From positions 12,400,001 through 12,464,000 of the forward strand of contig CM022677.1 of NCBI GenBank assembly GCA_012295275.1: DNA of 64,000 nt. The letters run 5' to 3'. The stretch comes from Chrysomallon squamiferum (taxonomy: Eukaryota > Animalia > Mollusca). The notes beneath the pieces are model-generated. The model saw only the letters and a program-made list of their open reading frames with translations. It was not told where the DNA came from and made no database searches. The translations under genes were made by a program, and so were the position numbers. Positions 1 to 17,669 of the stretch are shown one piece after another. How positions within the stretch are numbered: position 1 is the first letter of the stretch; the number at the start of each line of letters is the position of its first letter.

Positions 1-21
1 ATCGCGCTTTTGAAGGGTTAA
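1..21. mobile_element. Possible terminus of a TTAA-targeting (piggyBac-like) element, truncated by the window edge
   Basis: ATCGCGCTTTTGAAGGG|TTAA: GGG followed by TTAA is the typical piggyBac-type end and target site; the other end is not visible. Confidence 0.25.
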
Positions 22-248
22 CAATGACACTAAACTTCTTGTAATTACTACGTGCATCTAGATGAACAATATTATTGTTAGTTTTTCACGTTTTTCTATT
101 GTGTAAACAGAAAGATTTAGCTACGTAGTGACTATTATATGAAATTGTAGAAAACCAGAGAGAAAACGAAATAAAAAATCTGAATGGACTGACGATACAA
201 GCAAACCTTCGTACCACTGGTTATCTTAAAATGAGAAAAAAATTAAGT

Positions 249-306
249 CTTTTGCTGCTGTTATCGAAATCAGCTTTTGCTGCTGTTATCGAAATCAGCT
301 TTTGCA
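249..306. repeat. 25-bp tandem duplication
   Basis: CTTTTGCTGCTGTTATCGAAATCAG twice, followed by CTTTTGC. Confidence 0.9.
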
Positions 307-1353
307 ATTAATGTTAAACTTGGAGGCCACGACAGAGAAATTTGGAGAGAAATATGAAAAAAAAAAGAAAAAAAAAAAGAAGAAAAAAACATTCATCAGT
401 GACAGACTATTTTTTCACTGACAGTTAACCTTTAACATTTGTTAATATTCTAGTTTTATATTATTTTAATCTTTATAAATCTGTATTTATTTTTTATTAT
501 TTATATTTTAGTTATTTATCACATATTAATAGACACGGCATATTGTTTATATTATGTAAATTGATATATGCTATTCCTGGAACGTACCTACACATTCACA
601 TTTATTACTCTTTATACAGCTTTATACGTTGTTTCGTTTTCAGCGATTTGCTGTGGTGTGCAGTGACTTACACCGAGAACCCCATAAACAGAAGAAAGAA
701 AGAAACTATAGCTGAAGGGAGATTACTCTCATATGATAATAATTTTGTTTTGTGTGGTGCGGGATTCCTGCCGTTATTTGCGGTATTTGTTATTTATGAA
801 TTTTGCAGATAAATATAGATCCTAAAAATCACGAAGAGTTGATTTCTTTATATATATATACAGGTAATAGTAGAATATTTCTTTCTTGAAATGATTGTTG
901 TTGTTGTTTTTTGTTTTTTTCTAATTTAGCTTGTCAAATGTTTTATCAGACAGTGTGTAAGTGCATGTGTGCATGTGTATGTATTGTATGCACGGATAGA
1001 TAGATAGATCAGATAGATCCTGAAGTCACTATCAGTAATTGCAATATATGATCACTAGATAAGTTTCTATATTTTCAGTCAGTAAACAAAAACAATGTTA
1101 CTTTTTTTAATATTTAATTACCAGTTTAATCGTAAAAGCCCCTAGTGCCTGTACAAACTTCAGCAGCTCCATCCATATGCAGGACAGACAGTCGGTGTGT
1201 GGGTGACTAGGGCAGGGAGGTGGATAGGATAAAAACGGGTGAGCTTAGGGTCCCGGACAGAAAAGTTGAGTTGAACACATGCCCTCCCGCTCTACCCCAG
1301 AAGCACGGGCTGTCTGCCAGGGGAAAGTGTTCTCACCTATTTTTATCTATCCG

Positions 1354-2010
1354 CCCCCTGCCCTAGTCCCCGGCATTTTTCGAGATTCCATTTATCCCAT
1401 ATGGATAATTAGCGTACGTAAGCTTAGTGAGTACATCTCACGTAAGGCTAAAGTTGCCAGCACATATCACTAAAGGGAGATAACTCTAATCGATATAATT
1501 TTTACTTTATTTAGTGAGTACATATGACGTAAGGGAGATAACTGTAATCGATACAATTTTCACTTTGCTTAGTGAGTACATCTCACATAAGGGACATAAC
1601 TCTAATCTATGTTTGTGAACACATATCACTAAAGGGAGATACGTCTAATCGATATAATTTTTAATTTGTTTACTGAGTACATCTCATGTAATGGACCTAA
1701 CTCTATTCTATGTTTGTGAGCACATATCACTAAACTGTAATCAATATAGCCTTTACTTCGCCGAGTAAACTCCTCCCACCTCTGGTGACACATCACGGGG
1801 TATGACCCATGTTATATATAAAGAAAGTGATGTTTCCACAATATTTCGTAGATGAATCTGGAATCGGAAAGTACTGCTGATGTCTCCAAAAACGCCGAGA
1901 TTCAATCCCACGATCTCACACATATGAACATGCTTACAAGAAACATTAAAGTTTCAACTTGGTTCAGTACTTTCACAATGGGTGAGGGTGGGGTACTAGG
2001 GCAGGGGGGT
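1354..2010. mobile_element. Paralogous copy of the foldback/MITE-like element, left TIR partly deleted
   Basis: CCCCCTGCCCTAGTCCCC (~1354) and TACTAGGGCAGGGGG (~1994-2008) flank tandem GTGAGTACATCTCACGTAAGGGAGATAACTCTAATCGATATAATTTTTACT units at ~1410-1760. Confidence 0.6.
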
Positions 2011-2081
2011 AGGGGCCATGCGTTTTTATTTCTTAAACTATTTTTTTTTTTATTATTGTTCTGCTGTTACAATCTTCTATA

Positions 2082-4147
2082 TTGAATAAACAATGTCTTA
2101 ATAATAGTTACCAGCGAATATATTCACAAATAGTTATTTCCCTTTAATATGAAAACGAATACTTTCTTGGATGACGTTATCTCCCCTTTCTTATATTATA
2201 AAAGGGTTAATCAGATAACTCTATATAAGAATATGTTCGTTTTAACCTGAATAATCAAGAGAAAAATGTAACAAAAGAGAGATAAATCTATATAGGAATA
2301 TATTCGTTTTAACCTGACTAATGAAGAGAAAAATGTAACGAAGGGGAGATAACTCTATATAGGAATATGTTCGTTTTAACCTGAATAATGAAGAGAAAAA
2401 TGTAACAAAGGGGAGATAACTCTATCCGAGAGGTTATTCGTTTTCATGTTAAAGGAAGATAAATCTATATAGGAATATGTTCGTTTTAATCTGAATAATC
2501 AAGAGAAAAATGTAACGAAGGGGAGATAACTCTATATAGGAATATGTTCGTTTTAACCTGAATAATCAAGGAGAAAAATCTAACAAAGGGGACATAACTG
2601 TATACAGGAATATGTTCGTTTTAATCTGAATAATCAAGAAGAAAAATGTAACAAAGGGGAGATACCTATATCCGAGAGGTTATTCGATTTCATGTTAAAG
2701 GGAGGTAAATCTATATAGGAATTTGTTCGTTTTAACCTGAATAATCAAGGAGAAAAATGTAACAAAGGGGAGATACCTCCATCCGAGAGGTTATTCGTTT
2801 TCATGTTAAAGGGAGATAAATCTATATAGGAATATGTTCGTTTTAACTGAATAATCAAGGAGAAAAATGTAACAAAGGGGAGATACCTATATCCGAGAGG
2901 TTATTCGATTTCATGTTAAAGGGAGGTAAATCTATATAGGAATTTGTTCGTTTTAACCTGAATAATAAAGGAGAAAAATGTAACAAAGGGGAGATACCTC
3001 CATCCGAGAGGTTATTCGTTTTCATGTTAAAGGGAGATAAATCTATATAGGAATATGTTCATTTTAACCTGAATAATCAAGGAGAAAAATCTAACAAAGG
3101 GGACATAACTCTATGTAGGAATATGTTCGTTTTAATCTGAATAATCAAGGAGAAAAATCTAACAAAGGGGACATAACTCTATGTAGGAATATGTTCGTTT
3201 TAACCTGAATAATCAAGGAGAAAAATGTAACAAAGGGGAGATACCTCTATTCTAGAGGTTATTCGTTTTCATGTTAAAGGGAGATAAATCTATATAGGAA
3301 TGTTTATTTTAACCTGAATAATCAAGGAGAAAAAATGTAACAACGGGGACATAACTCTATCCGAGAGGTTATTCTTTTTCATGTTAAAGGGAGAGAATAT
3401 CAATATATTCGCTTGTGATTAATGTTCAGGTATATTTTCAACCAATGGAATCCAGTAATTTTATTGAATTTAATTAGTGGACATTGCTTAATCATTTGAT
3501 AAGCATTTTAAATAATGAATGCTTTTTACAATTATAAATCAGATGGAAATATTTATAGGATATTCTTTTTTTGTTATATTAATATATCAATATCTAAAAG
3601 GTAAATAACATCTTTTTTATATTAATAATAATTTCAATGTTGAAAATATCTAATTTGTTGAAATCTAAAATTTACAAAACGAAAATTTATATTTTGATAT
3701 AACTCTGAACTTGAAATATGATAAGGATAGTGAGAACTTAAAAATACAAGAATTATGGTCTACATTATACTTTTGTCCGATGGTAAAATGAGAAAAAAAT
3801 GAATATTAAATATAATAAACAATAAAATATTTCTTAATAATAGTTACCAGCGAATATATTCACAAATACAGTTATTTTCCTTTAATATGAAAACGAATAC
3901 TTTCTCGGATGGAGTTATCTCCCCTTTCTTACATTAAAAAAGGGTTTATCATAATTACTTGATATGAAATCATTTTGTGGAAATATGTGAATAGAAGATT
4001 CATCAAAGTTTGTGAAAATATTTAATGTAATAAAACATTTCTTATTGATTCATTATGCCACTATTTGTTATTTTTCGTTTAAAATTATTATCAAAATTAT
4101 CAAACAATCATTAATTTAATATATATTCTTAAAATTTAATTTCATAT
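2082..4147. mobile_element. ~2-kb satellite-bearing segment present only in copy 1 (probable non-autonomous TE)
   Basis: The paralog has only ~60 bp at this position (~50127-50186). Contains a ~125-bp direct repeat (2096-2220 vs 3832-3958) whose GAAAACGAATA...GTTATCTCCCCTTT portion is an inverted copy of array unit B. Confidence 0.5.
2212..3397 (+). repeat. Composite minisatellite: ~67-bp and ~43-bp subunits forming a ~110-bp higher-order repeat
   Basis: Unit A GGAGATAACTCTATATAGGAATATGTTCGTTTTAACCTGAATAATCAAGGAGAAAAATGTAACAAAGG; unit B GGAGATACCTATATCCGAGAGGTTATTCGTTTTCATGTTAAAG. AB period is seen at ~2658/2768/2878/2989. Confidence 0.95.
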
Positions 4148-4750
4148 CATTTCTTTAGCACTTAACTAAATGAATTAAATGAAACAGAAATCTAAATTAC
4201 AAAATACATCATTATTTTTTTTTTTCCTTTTTCAAAATTTGTTTTGTTGTTGTTAATGTTGTCAACCATTATCATTGTTATATTCATTCCTATTAATGGA
4301 CAACAGAGTTATTTCCCTTAGACTACTTTGTCTATGAAACTGACTAATTATTATTATTATTAGTAGTAGTAGTAGTAGTATCTCTGTGCATTCTTAGTTT
4401 ATTTCATACATTTAAGATGTTTCTTTACTAAAAACTTAATATTTATTCATTCATACTATTCAGAATAAAAATAAGAATTTAAATTTATTACGACATTCCG
4501 TTTTGATACGTGAAAATTTGTATATATTATTTATTATAATTAGAGAAAGAGAGATTTGGGTTTCACTACGACTAAGATTGTACGTTTTCCTGAAAATTTC
4601 ATTTCACTGTAAAAATGTAGCATAAAAATTTCAATTACATATAATTACTGTTTTTCTGCCATTTCATACTGACACATTTAAGTTTCACAGATATAATGAT
4701 TTCTAGAGCGCAGAATGTAACATCAATTCAGGTGTTTAAAAGTGTAATTA

Positions 4751-4781
<31 letters not shown>

Positions 4782-4952
4782 CATCTTTCTTTCATTTTTG
4801 TTGTTGATATTATTGCTAACACTGTTATTTTTTTTACTGTGGTACATAATTATTACTAATTTTATTATTGTTATTATTGCTAATATTGGTGTTATAGCTG
4901 TTGCTTTTGCTGTTGGTTAATTTTGCTTTAGGCAGAATTGATAAGTTTGTGT

Positions 4953-5408
4953 GGAGAGAAGAAAGCGAGTTACAGAGAGAGTTAGAGAGAAAAAGACAGA
5001 GACAGAGAAAAACACATGGAGAGAGTTACAGAGAGAGACAGACAGACAGACAGACAGAGAGAGACAGAGACACAGATAGTGTCAGAAAGCCAGAGAGAAA
5101 AAGTGAGTCAGAGACACATAGTCAGAGACAAAGAGAGAAAGACAGTGAGAGAGACAGTGAGATAAAGAGAGACAGATAGGGATTGAGACAGAGGGAGAAA
5201 GAGACAGAGAAAAAGAGGCAGGGACATAGGGAGATAGAGAGAGATGGAGAGAAAAAGAGAGACTCAGAACAGATAGAGACAGAGAGAGAAAGAGAGATTC
5301 TGAGAGAGACAGAGACAGAGGGAGAAAGAGAGATTCAGAGAGAGACAGAGAGATATAGAGAGAGACCGAGAAAGAAAGACTGAGAGAGACAGAGTCAGAG
5401 AGCGGAAG

Positions 5409-5439
<31 letters not shown>

Positions 5440-5612
5440 GAAAAGAGAGAGACAGTGATAGAGGGAAAGAGAGACAGAGAGAGCAAGTCAGACAGAGAGA
5501 GATAGACACAGAGACAGAGAGAGTCGCACAGACAGAGATAGACAGAGAGAGAAAGAGAGAAAAGAGAAATTGATAGAGAGTAAGAGAAAGAGAGAGACAC
5601 AGAGAAAGAGAC
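4953..5612 (+). repeat. Degenerate (AG)/(AGAC) low-complexity tract
   Basis: Continuous GAGA/GACA repeats; source of the spurious RE-rich and SL-rich ORFs. Confidence 0.95.
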
Positions 5613-6585
5613 AAACCATTAAGAAAATACTAATCATTAACCAAATACTAACCATTACTAACATCCACTACGTGTACTAAACCACACCATGGTTTATTGT
5701 GGCAACATTTCCAAAGGGAATGGCTAATTAGTACATTAATATAGTAACATTATTTTGGTTAGATAGATAGACAGATAGATAGATTATGATAGATAAATAG
5801 AAATACCTACATACAGATATACTTACTGAAGATAGATGAACAGATGGATACATACGGTATTGCTACTTTTTCTTATTTTGAATATATTGTCATTACTTTG
5901 AAAGCTCTTTCTATATACGGATAGACAGACAGGCCAACATATATATATATATGGAAAAATAATTATTATTTCTTTTACATTTTATTATTGTATCTACAGG
6001 AAAGACAAGATTATGGAATCAGCTTCAGTTACAAGAATAGGGAGAAAAATTTAAGCAGATGAGGTGTCTACTGATATGGAACAATTATTATTCACAAAAG
6101 ATGGATTTTTCTTTCCAAAGCAGTTTCCTAACCTATCAATCTATTTTTCAAGCAATCAATACGTCTAACTATCTCTACATCAAGCTATCGTACCCTCTTG
6201 GTTACAAATAGCACAGTCTATTTTGCACACACACACAAACACACACAAACACACACACTCACACTCACACACATTTACGTATAAACTCTCTCTATTTATA
6301 TCATATTTAATTATTTAAATACATTCTTTTTATCTATTTATCTATCTATAAATATATTTATTTATCCCATGTACATAAGCAACAGACTCAGTCTTTCTTA
6401 CAGCTGGGAGAGTATATACTCATACCTGCTTGCATCTATCTAGCTTTCTTCTGTCTATCAATTTACCTCTCTATCCACCCTTTTTTACACACGCACACAC
6501 ACACACACATATACATACTAATCATCTTTAAACACACAAATAAATTATCATTACTATACACGTTATGTATGTGTGTGTATACATC

Positions 6586-6621
<36 letters not shown>

Positions 6622-6736
6622 AACCCATTTCTTAACACACATGTCTGTATGTCTGTCAGTCTGTCTACAAATCAATCTACCAAACTAGTAACATACCTAC
6701 ATATCAGTTTATCTCTCTAGCTTATACGTCTATTTT

Positions 6737-10511
<3,775 letters not shown>

Positions 10512-10809
10512 CTAAAAAAAAGAAATAAAAAGAGTTCAAAATAAATAAATAAAATAAAGGAACATAACAACTTTTATTAAAATATACTCGATGTGGTTCT
10601 TTTTTATTATTATTATTATTTGTTGCTTTTTTTTTTTAGCCAATCATTGACGTAAACTTCAAAATAAACGGTGTTGTTCTTTTTTTCCCCTACTTTTTCT
10701 TTCTTCTTCTTTTTTATTTATTTATATTTATGCACCAAATAAAATCACAAAGCTTACAGTTCACGCTAAATAAAATAAAATGGTACAACATTTATTTATC
10801 TTAAAACAA

Positions 10810-10856
<47 letters not shown>

Positions 10857-13800
10857 ATCAATGTTTGAACCTGTTCTATCAGTTCTATTATCAGTATCAA
10901 AGTGGAAACTAATCAAATGAAGGGTATATTTCACCTTTTCGGACGACTTCTCCTGGTGTACTGAAATGTTAAATAAAAACATGTGAAACTAAATACAACA
11001 AACAGGAAAGTAAAAAAGATAGGTACTTAAGAGAAAAAAGAGTGTGGCTGACTAGACTGATTTCGATGCCTATATTAATGTTCATAAATTGATAGATTTG
11101 ATTAGTTTTGATTAGATTTGATTAGTTAAATAGAAAAAAAGTAGAAACATCTAGCAAAAAAAAAAAAAAAAAAAAAAAAAAAGAAAAAAAGAAAGAAGTA
11201 AACCAAAAATAAATAAATCACACTTCACGTTCACAAGCAGGTACCTGCATTGTCTCTTGTATTGTTTTAAGTATTTCCTAATTTTCGTTGCTTGTAAAGC
11301 AATGAAATTATTTTGATAAAAAAACTATTAAAATAAGCTATAGTTTTCTTCAAAACGATTGCGTTTTTCATCCATTGACTTCAGTGTAAAAATGACAAAA
11401 CAATTTTCAACAAAAGATTTCCAGAAGATTTCCAGACGTAGAAGATCGGCGGGAAATATAAATATGTCGACTAGACATATCTCATAATCTATCTTGAAAA
11501 AAGACCAAACCCACCTTAGGCCTATAATTCCCACATTTCTAACTACCGCCAATGTTTTGCACGCACATGCACAGTCTTATACAAAGACTGTTTTAAGAAA
11601 GATTTATGTATATATACACAGATCATGATCATAATATCTGTATGTCAAATCAGTTTAATGTGAAAACGTAGTACAATAATTCTTCTAGTACTTCAAATAG
11701 TATATTATTTGTTTTGAGATACTACTGCAGCTGTTATTTAAGAAGCTTTACAAGACAACTTAGAAATTTAATAGATCCGTAATTATCCGCATCATTTTTA
11801 ATCAGCCTTAGAAAAAGAATGGGAATTAGTGAATGCAAAATGGGCTATAGATACAGAGATTTCAGCAGTTGTTATCTACATCAAAATATCCACACACACA
11901 CATTATTTATATATGTGATTGTTTTTTTTTATGTGTTTATGCATATACTTAGAATTAGAAATCGCATTGGCTTAAGAATTTTATTGTCAAAAATAATCAT
12001 TTTCTAATTTCATTCGAATTTAAGTCCAATTCGCTAGTTTTCCACTGTTTTTCACTAAACATTTATTCATCTGCATAAAACTTTTTAAAATTGAAAACAG
12101 AAGCATTCGGGATTGTACAGAAATAAACTAGAACTATGCATTTATAGATGTTTTTGAAACATTTCAAAAACTGTTTACATAGTATCCTTTTTTCTTTTCT
12201 TTTCATTTTTTTATCTGTAAATAAAAGTGTAACCTCTCAAAACATTATTTTACAAAAACGCTACCGCACTGGCTGCTACACCATCATATTTTGTATAAAC
12301 AAGAATGTATGTCGCCAAATATAACAATATCGTTATTAAACCTGCTTTTTTTCTATCAAAAAGTTCGCATCATTGAATGATGGTGTATCGAAAGTTCTGT
12401 TACAGTTGTCGCCCTTCGCAAAAGTGCAATTTTTTTATTTTTTTATATATATATATATATATATATACACACTAGTGGTAATATAGATGAACATTATTAA
12501 TTAATTAATGTATTCATTTATCATCATCATCATTATTATTAGTAGTGTTATTATATTAATTATTAAAATAAATCATGTAGACTGTCTAAAACATTTTTAT
12601 GAGGATGTTAATGATCTACCTTTTAGTTTTTATTTTGCCTTGGAAGTGAACACCTTTCATTATTTCTTATGTTTAATTTATTTTATTTTTAATGCAGGAA
12701 AATTTGTAATTCACATGCTATAACATGAACAGAAGTTTAAATGTTCAACAACAAATGTAAAGAAAGCTAACAAAGAGTCTAGAAATGAAAAATGATCAGT
12801 TAATTTTAACTGAATTCTTTCAGTGGCTGTTTTCATTTGTCACCAGTAATCTATGTTTAGTTACAACGGGAAGGTCTACGTTGTTCAAGGCCACCGAGAG
12901 ACGTCCTGTCCGTCTCTTTACAATAATCTCTTACGTCTACAAATCGTGCTGGGGATGGGTTGAAATTACTTCTTAATTGTATTACACTGTACAAAAGAAG
13001 GTGCTGAAAGGTAAGATTGATGTTCATCAAACACAGAGTCACACACAGGTACACAGACCAGGATGAATTACATTTAGCTGTAAACTGACGGATATGTCGG
13101 GTGAATGGAAAGGAATCAGAGATGATTTGATGCATTTTTGTTCAACTGATAGATAGACAAAACAAGAGATTATAGATTAATAGGAAGATAGATATGTATG
13201 TAGATAGATACAAAGATAGATAGATAGGTATAAAATGAAAAAGGTTGATATGACCGTGTCATAGTTTGTATTCAGTTAATAAAACAATTTATCAGTCTAA
13301 TCTCGCGCCCACTCAACTTTTTCTTTACAGTTTTAGAAAAGATTATTAATCTGTGTGTTTCTCTATATACTTACCTACTGCTAAAAGCCGAAAACGTTAT
13401 CAGGTGCAACATTAACGTCATAAATTATATTACACTACAGATTAAAATGATAATTTCGAGTAAGAACTTAGATCATAGAGAATACCTGTATTTTGAGCGT
13501 ACTTTCATTAAAAGGTGTACTTGAGCGCAAGTTGTATAGTGTAGTATAATTTACATTTCTTATTATACCTGAAGTTCTCTTACTTCATTAGATATTAAAA
13601 TAACCACTCCACCAGTAATTATCAATGAGTCAGTGAAGCAGACACCATATTTGTCAACAGCTAAATAACAACAACAACAACAATAATAACACCGTAATAT
13701 CTTCTCTTTTTTCCTGTAAAAACGCAAGCTTCCTACATGTCTGACGCTATTCTCTTAGTTTCATTAGAACTGTTCTGAGTGCGGATATAAAAAATACTTC

Positions 13801-16289
13801 GAATTTTTTATTAGGCCTCGTAAAGTTATCAGAGAAATCAGATTTATTCTTAGTTTATTGTTTCTGTCGAGAAAAAAACTAAATACTTCTTTTTCAAAAA
13901 AAAAAATATAATAATGATAATAATAATAATAAATTGATTTATTTATAATATAAATTACATGAGAAATCGTGAACTTTTACAAAACCAGAGTTAACTAAAG
14001 AATATCGCTGTTTTCACTGATAATGTTACCCATCGATAACAAAATAAAACGCAAGTTTTATAACGTTTGTATTATTTATATGAGAAATTAAAATTGCATT
14101 AATTAGAGATTATCAGTTATATTATTGAATAAACATGGAATTTCATTCTAGATTAACTTGCTTCTCTCAGTGTTTAAAAAGAAATAATCTGATATATTCT
14201 TAATTACATAATTTGATACATTTGAATTTTAGATTAATCGTTTTCTTTCATGAAGGGAGAGATATAAATTGTGTCGCGTAATGTCAAGTTACTGCTGTCA
14301 TAAAACAAAGTATCACAGTGTGACACTGAAAGGTGCACAGTTAATTTTCAGTAAATTCAATACAGTAATAAATACAGTATTCATCTAGCACTTCACGCGT
14401 TTCTGTATAGTCTTATTATTATTAATAAAATAACTTAATATTAAAGACCATAATTGTTAAAAAAAACTAAAACAAAAAAAAAACTAAAGAGAGATGTGTT
14501 TTTCAATCTACCGTGTTAATATTACAGCTTCACTTTTACTAACAGTATATTTACTTGTGTACCTAATAACATTACCGAAAAAATATTTATTTATTTATTT
14601 ATTTTTGGTAACTGTACACTAATTGTACAATAATAAAAAATAAAATTTTAACAACATCAGCATAATTTTAATATTAATATAAATGTCTCAAGAGGATATT
14701 CATATTTAGATGTCAAGCGGAGATATTAAGCTTCTATCTTACGTTAACTTTACAAAATTATTCAAAATATGAAATTATCAAAATACAACGTTAATGTCGT
14801 TTATAATAAAATATTTCCTTTTTCTGAGGCCTAGAATTGTTTTTGATCAGAAGACTGGTAAATTCATAACAAACGTTAAACAATTTCTCTCAGTCTCAGT
14901 TTCGTCGTAAAAACGGCCGTAATGTTAGCTGAAGGTGTTTTTCAGGTTTCTGAATAAAAAAAAAAACATTAAGTCTAAAAGCAAGGGTTCTTTTTAATGT
15001 TATCACCGAAAAATATAGGAGGAAAATGTATATGCGCAATCTGTGTGTGTTTGTGTGTAGCTGTATGTGTGTGTGTGTGTCCATATGTATCTGTCTTTAT
15101 AAAAACGTTAAATGATGCTATTTAAATTTATTTTGTGAACATTAAACTGTAAGAAAAATGCCTTTTGTAAACTGCGAATGTGAAAGGATTCAATATGTTT
15201 ATTGAAATGTACGCAAACTAATAAAAACATGTTCCTTATATCAATTCAGAGATTTTGTTTTATGATTTACAGTCAGCGATCAAGTGGGTTAAGAGAATTT
15301 ACATTATCCTCACTTGAAGAAATCACAGTTGTTTTCACACGAATGTTTACAATAATCATGTTCTATGAAAAAGGATACATTTTCTAATAGGTTTGATGCT
15401 GAAGTGTGCACTTGTTCAACCAACACAGCATGTTTTTCTGAGACTACCGAGTTCAAGATTAATAAAGTGTAATGAAATTTATAAACAACATTCACAAATT
15501 TCTTCACTGGAATATTTTTATTACTGTTACGGAAATGTGTTCAAAGTTTTTAGAAGAGATGTTTATTGTAACAGTTCATTCAAATTTATCGTAAAACTGC
15601 ATTAATAATGAAAAAACGAGGCAAGAACAGAAACGGAAAAAATTATATTTATTTTAAAAAATAACTAATAGTAATAAAAGTTAATAATAACAATAATTAA
15701 AAACAATAAGAATAATATAAAAAAACAACAACAACAACAACAACAACAATAATAATAATAACAATAATAATCCAAGTAAAAAGAAACTGACGCCAAAAAA
15801 ACACACAAAAAAACACAACAAAAAAACCCACAAATGGAGTGAGGAAGATGATCAAAGAGAAAAAAACATGCATAAGTGAAACAGAAACATGAGGACAAAA
15901 AGAAAAAGTAGAAAAAACCAACAACATTCTGGCTTTTGCCTGAGACTACAAATACTGACACATTTCCTCACAATCAGTCATTAATCATTCTGCAATAGTA
16001 ACACAAAACAAATATTTTAACAGTGAGTGCTGTCATCCAAATATTGAACTAACAGGCTTCGAGATCAAATCCCAGCCACAGCTTCTATTCAGAATTAATT
16101 ATAGAGATGTAAAATTACTACTCTCTCTGTTTAACTCGACTTCTAACATTCTAAAACTATTGTGAGAAAATACCTAAAATGCGCTTAAACTATATTTTTA
16201 CAATAGAATAATATCAGCTCAAAATATTTATTGTTTGCAAAGATAATAACATAGACAAAAAAATAAAAAATAAATAATAATAATACAGT

Positions 16290-16620
16290 ATCTCTTCTGC
16301 ATCAGCTGTCAGATTCATATCCTGCTCTGTCTCAATAAAAGGACCGCAAGTAAATGGAAGGGTAGAATAGATCACTGGTCAACATTCTCACTTATGGTTA
16401 ATACAACTGATTATCATATCGGGGAGATATTTTGGAGAATTTAATGCTGGGTTACGGCTATGACAGAGGGGTCTGTGTCCTATGTCGTCTGGAAGATCAT
16501 CAGACTGGGTATCTGAAAATGTTACAGTATATGTTACATGAGGTAGCTCAGTAGTCACTAATCTTTTGAATCCAATTGCTGTGGACATTTTTCAGAAAGG
16601 CAATTAGTCACATCTTCTGA
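16290..16620 (-). pseudogene. Decayed exon-like segment (paralog ~21994-22325 +)
   Basis: TATTTCAG acceptor followed by higher-complexity sequence with broken frames (SEDVTNCLSEKCPQQLDSKD*; ...SDDLPDDIGHRPLCHSRNPALNSPKYLPD). Confidence 0.3.
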
Positions 16621-16693
16621 CTGAAATATTTAAATAGTATTAAAATAACAGTTTACATTACAAACAGATTTCTTAATATGAGAGATAATTATG

Positions 16694-17113
16694 CAGGGAC
16701 GAAATGGCAAGTCGCCAGGTCCCAAATGCGACCAAAGTTCCATTTAGTTGACTTGGATGTAAGAAATATTATGGTTAGTCCCCCCAGAAATATTATTTTA
16801 AGATAATAATTTTATAATAATTTTATCGAAATATTTATTTCACACAAAACGTCTTACCAGCTGATTTGTATAACTAGGATTCAATTTTTGTGGCGATTTT
16901 GATTAATAAAGAATTTTCGTATTTAATTTTAGATGTTGACAAATTAAGGTATGCCGATACTTTTAAATTATCGAACTACGAACACATCTTTTATGTTTGC
17001 TACAAAATTATTAATAGTGGCTCTTGTGTTATAACTTATAGAAAAAAAATGATGATCCAAAAAAATATTTTTTAGGCGACTAAACTATAATGTGTTTTTA
17101 ATTTCGAGCCTTG
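16694..17113. mobile_element. hAT-like MITE (short TIR CAGGGCTCGAAAT)
   Basis: Starts CAGGGACGAAATGGCAAGTCGCC and ends ATTTCGAGCCTTG; internal GTCGCC/GGCGAC motifs; no clean 8-bp TSD. Confidence 0.6.
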
Positions 17114-17669
17114 TGCTTACTGACATAACGTGCATAATCATCAGCTTCAAAAGTATGACATTTGTCTCAAGTTGAAAATTTCAGTAATAGATAATCATAA
17201 GAAGAAGAAGAAAAAAGTAATTCTTCTAAAATAATATTATTTATTCAAGTTAGTGACTGTGATAGAATTAACTATGGCAATAAGAACATTTTAAGTGTCA
17301 AATGAGTTGTAATATATTTTATCTGGATAAACAAGACTCATTAAAATGATTTTTATAAATAAAACATTTTTGTAATCTGAATTAGGACAATTATTTCAAA
17401 TAATTTACCACTGTATAAGTATTATAAGAATTCAGATTTTTTTTTTTTTTTTTTGCTGCTGAAAAAGATATGATATTTCTGGGAGTTCTTCAAAGCACTC
17501 CAATGAAGAAAGCAGAGAGAATTTGTAATGGTTTTTTTCATTAGTATTTTTCCTATTTAAGCAGCAGTTAATTTGTAATTTCTCCTTCATTTGTATAGAG
17601 GACATTTGGATGTGTGTGTTTGGGGGGGGGGCTACTGGTGTCTGCTTATATCTTTTATTGTTTGTTTAC

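Noticed and set aside
643-863. Two possible plus-strand exons
   Set aside because: Splice-like signals only, with no recognisable product or further support.
2212-3397. CRISPR-like regularly spaced repeats
   Set aside because: There are no unique spacers (whole units repeat), no cas genes, and the context is eukaryotic; it is a minisatellite.
4901-5614. RE/RD-rich and SL-rich ORFs (also 50832-52392, 8645-8950)
   Set aside because: They are translations of AG-type microsatellites.
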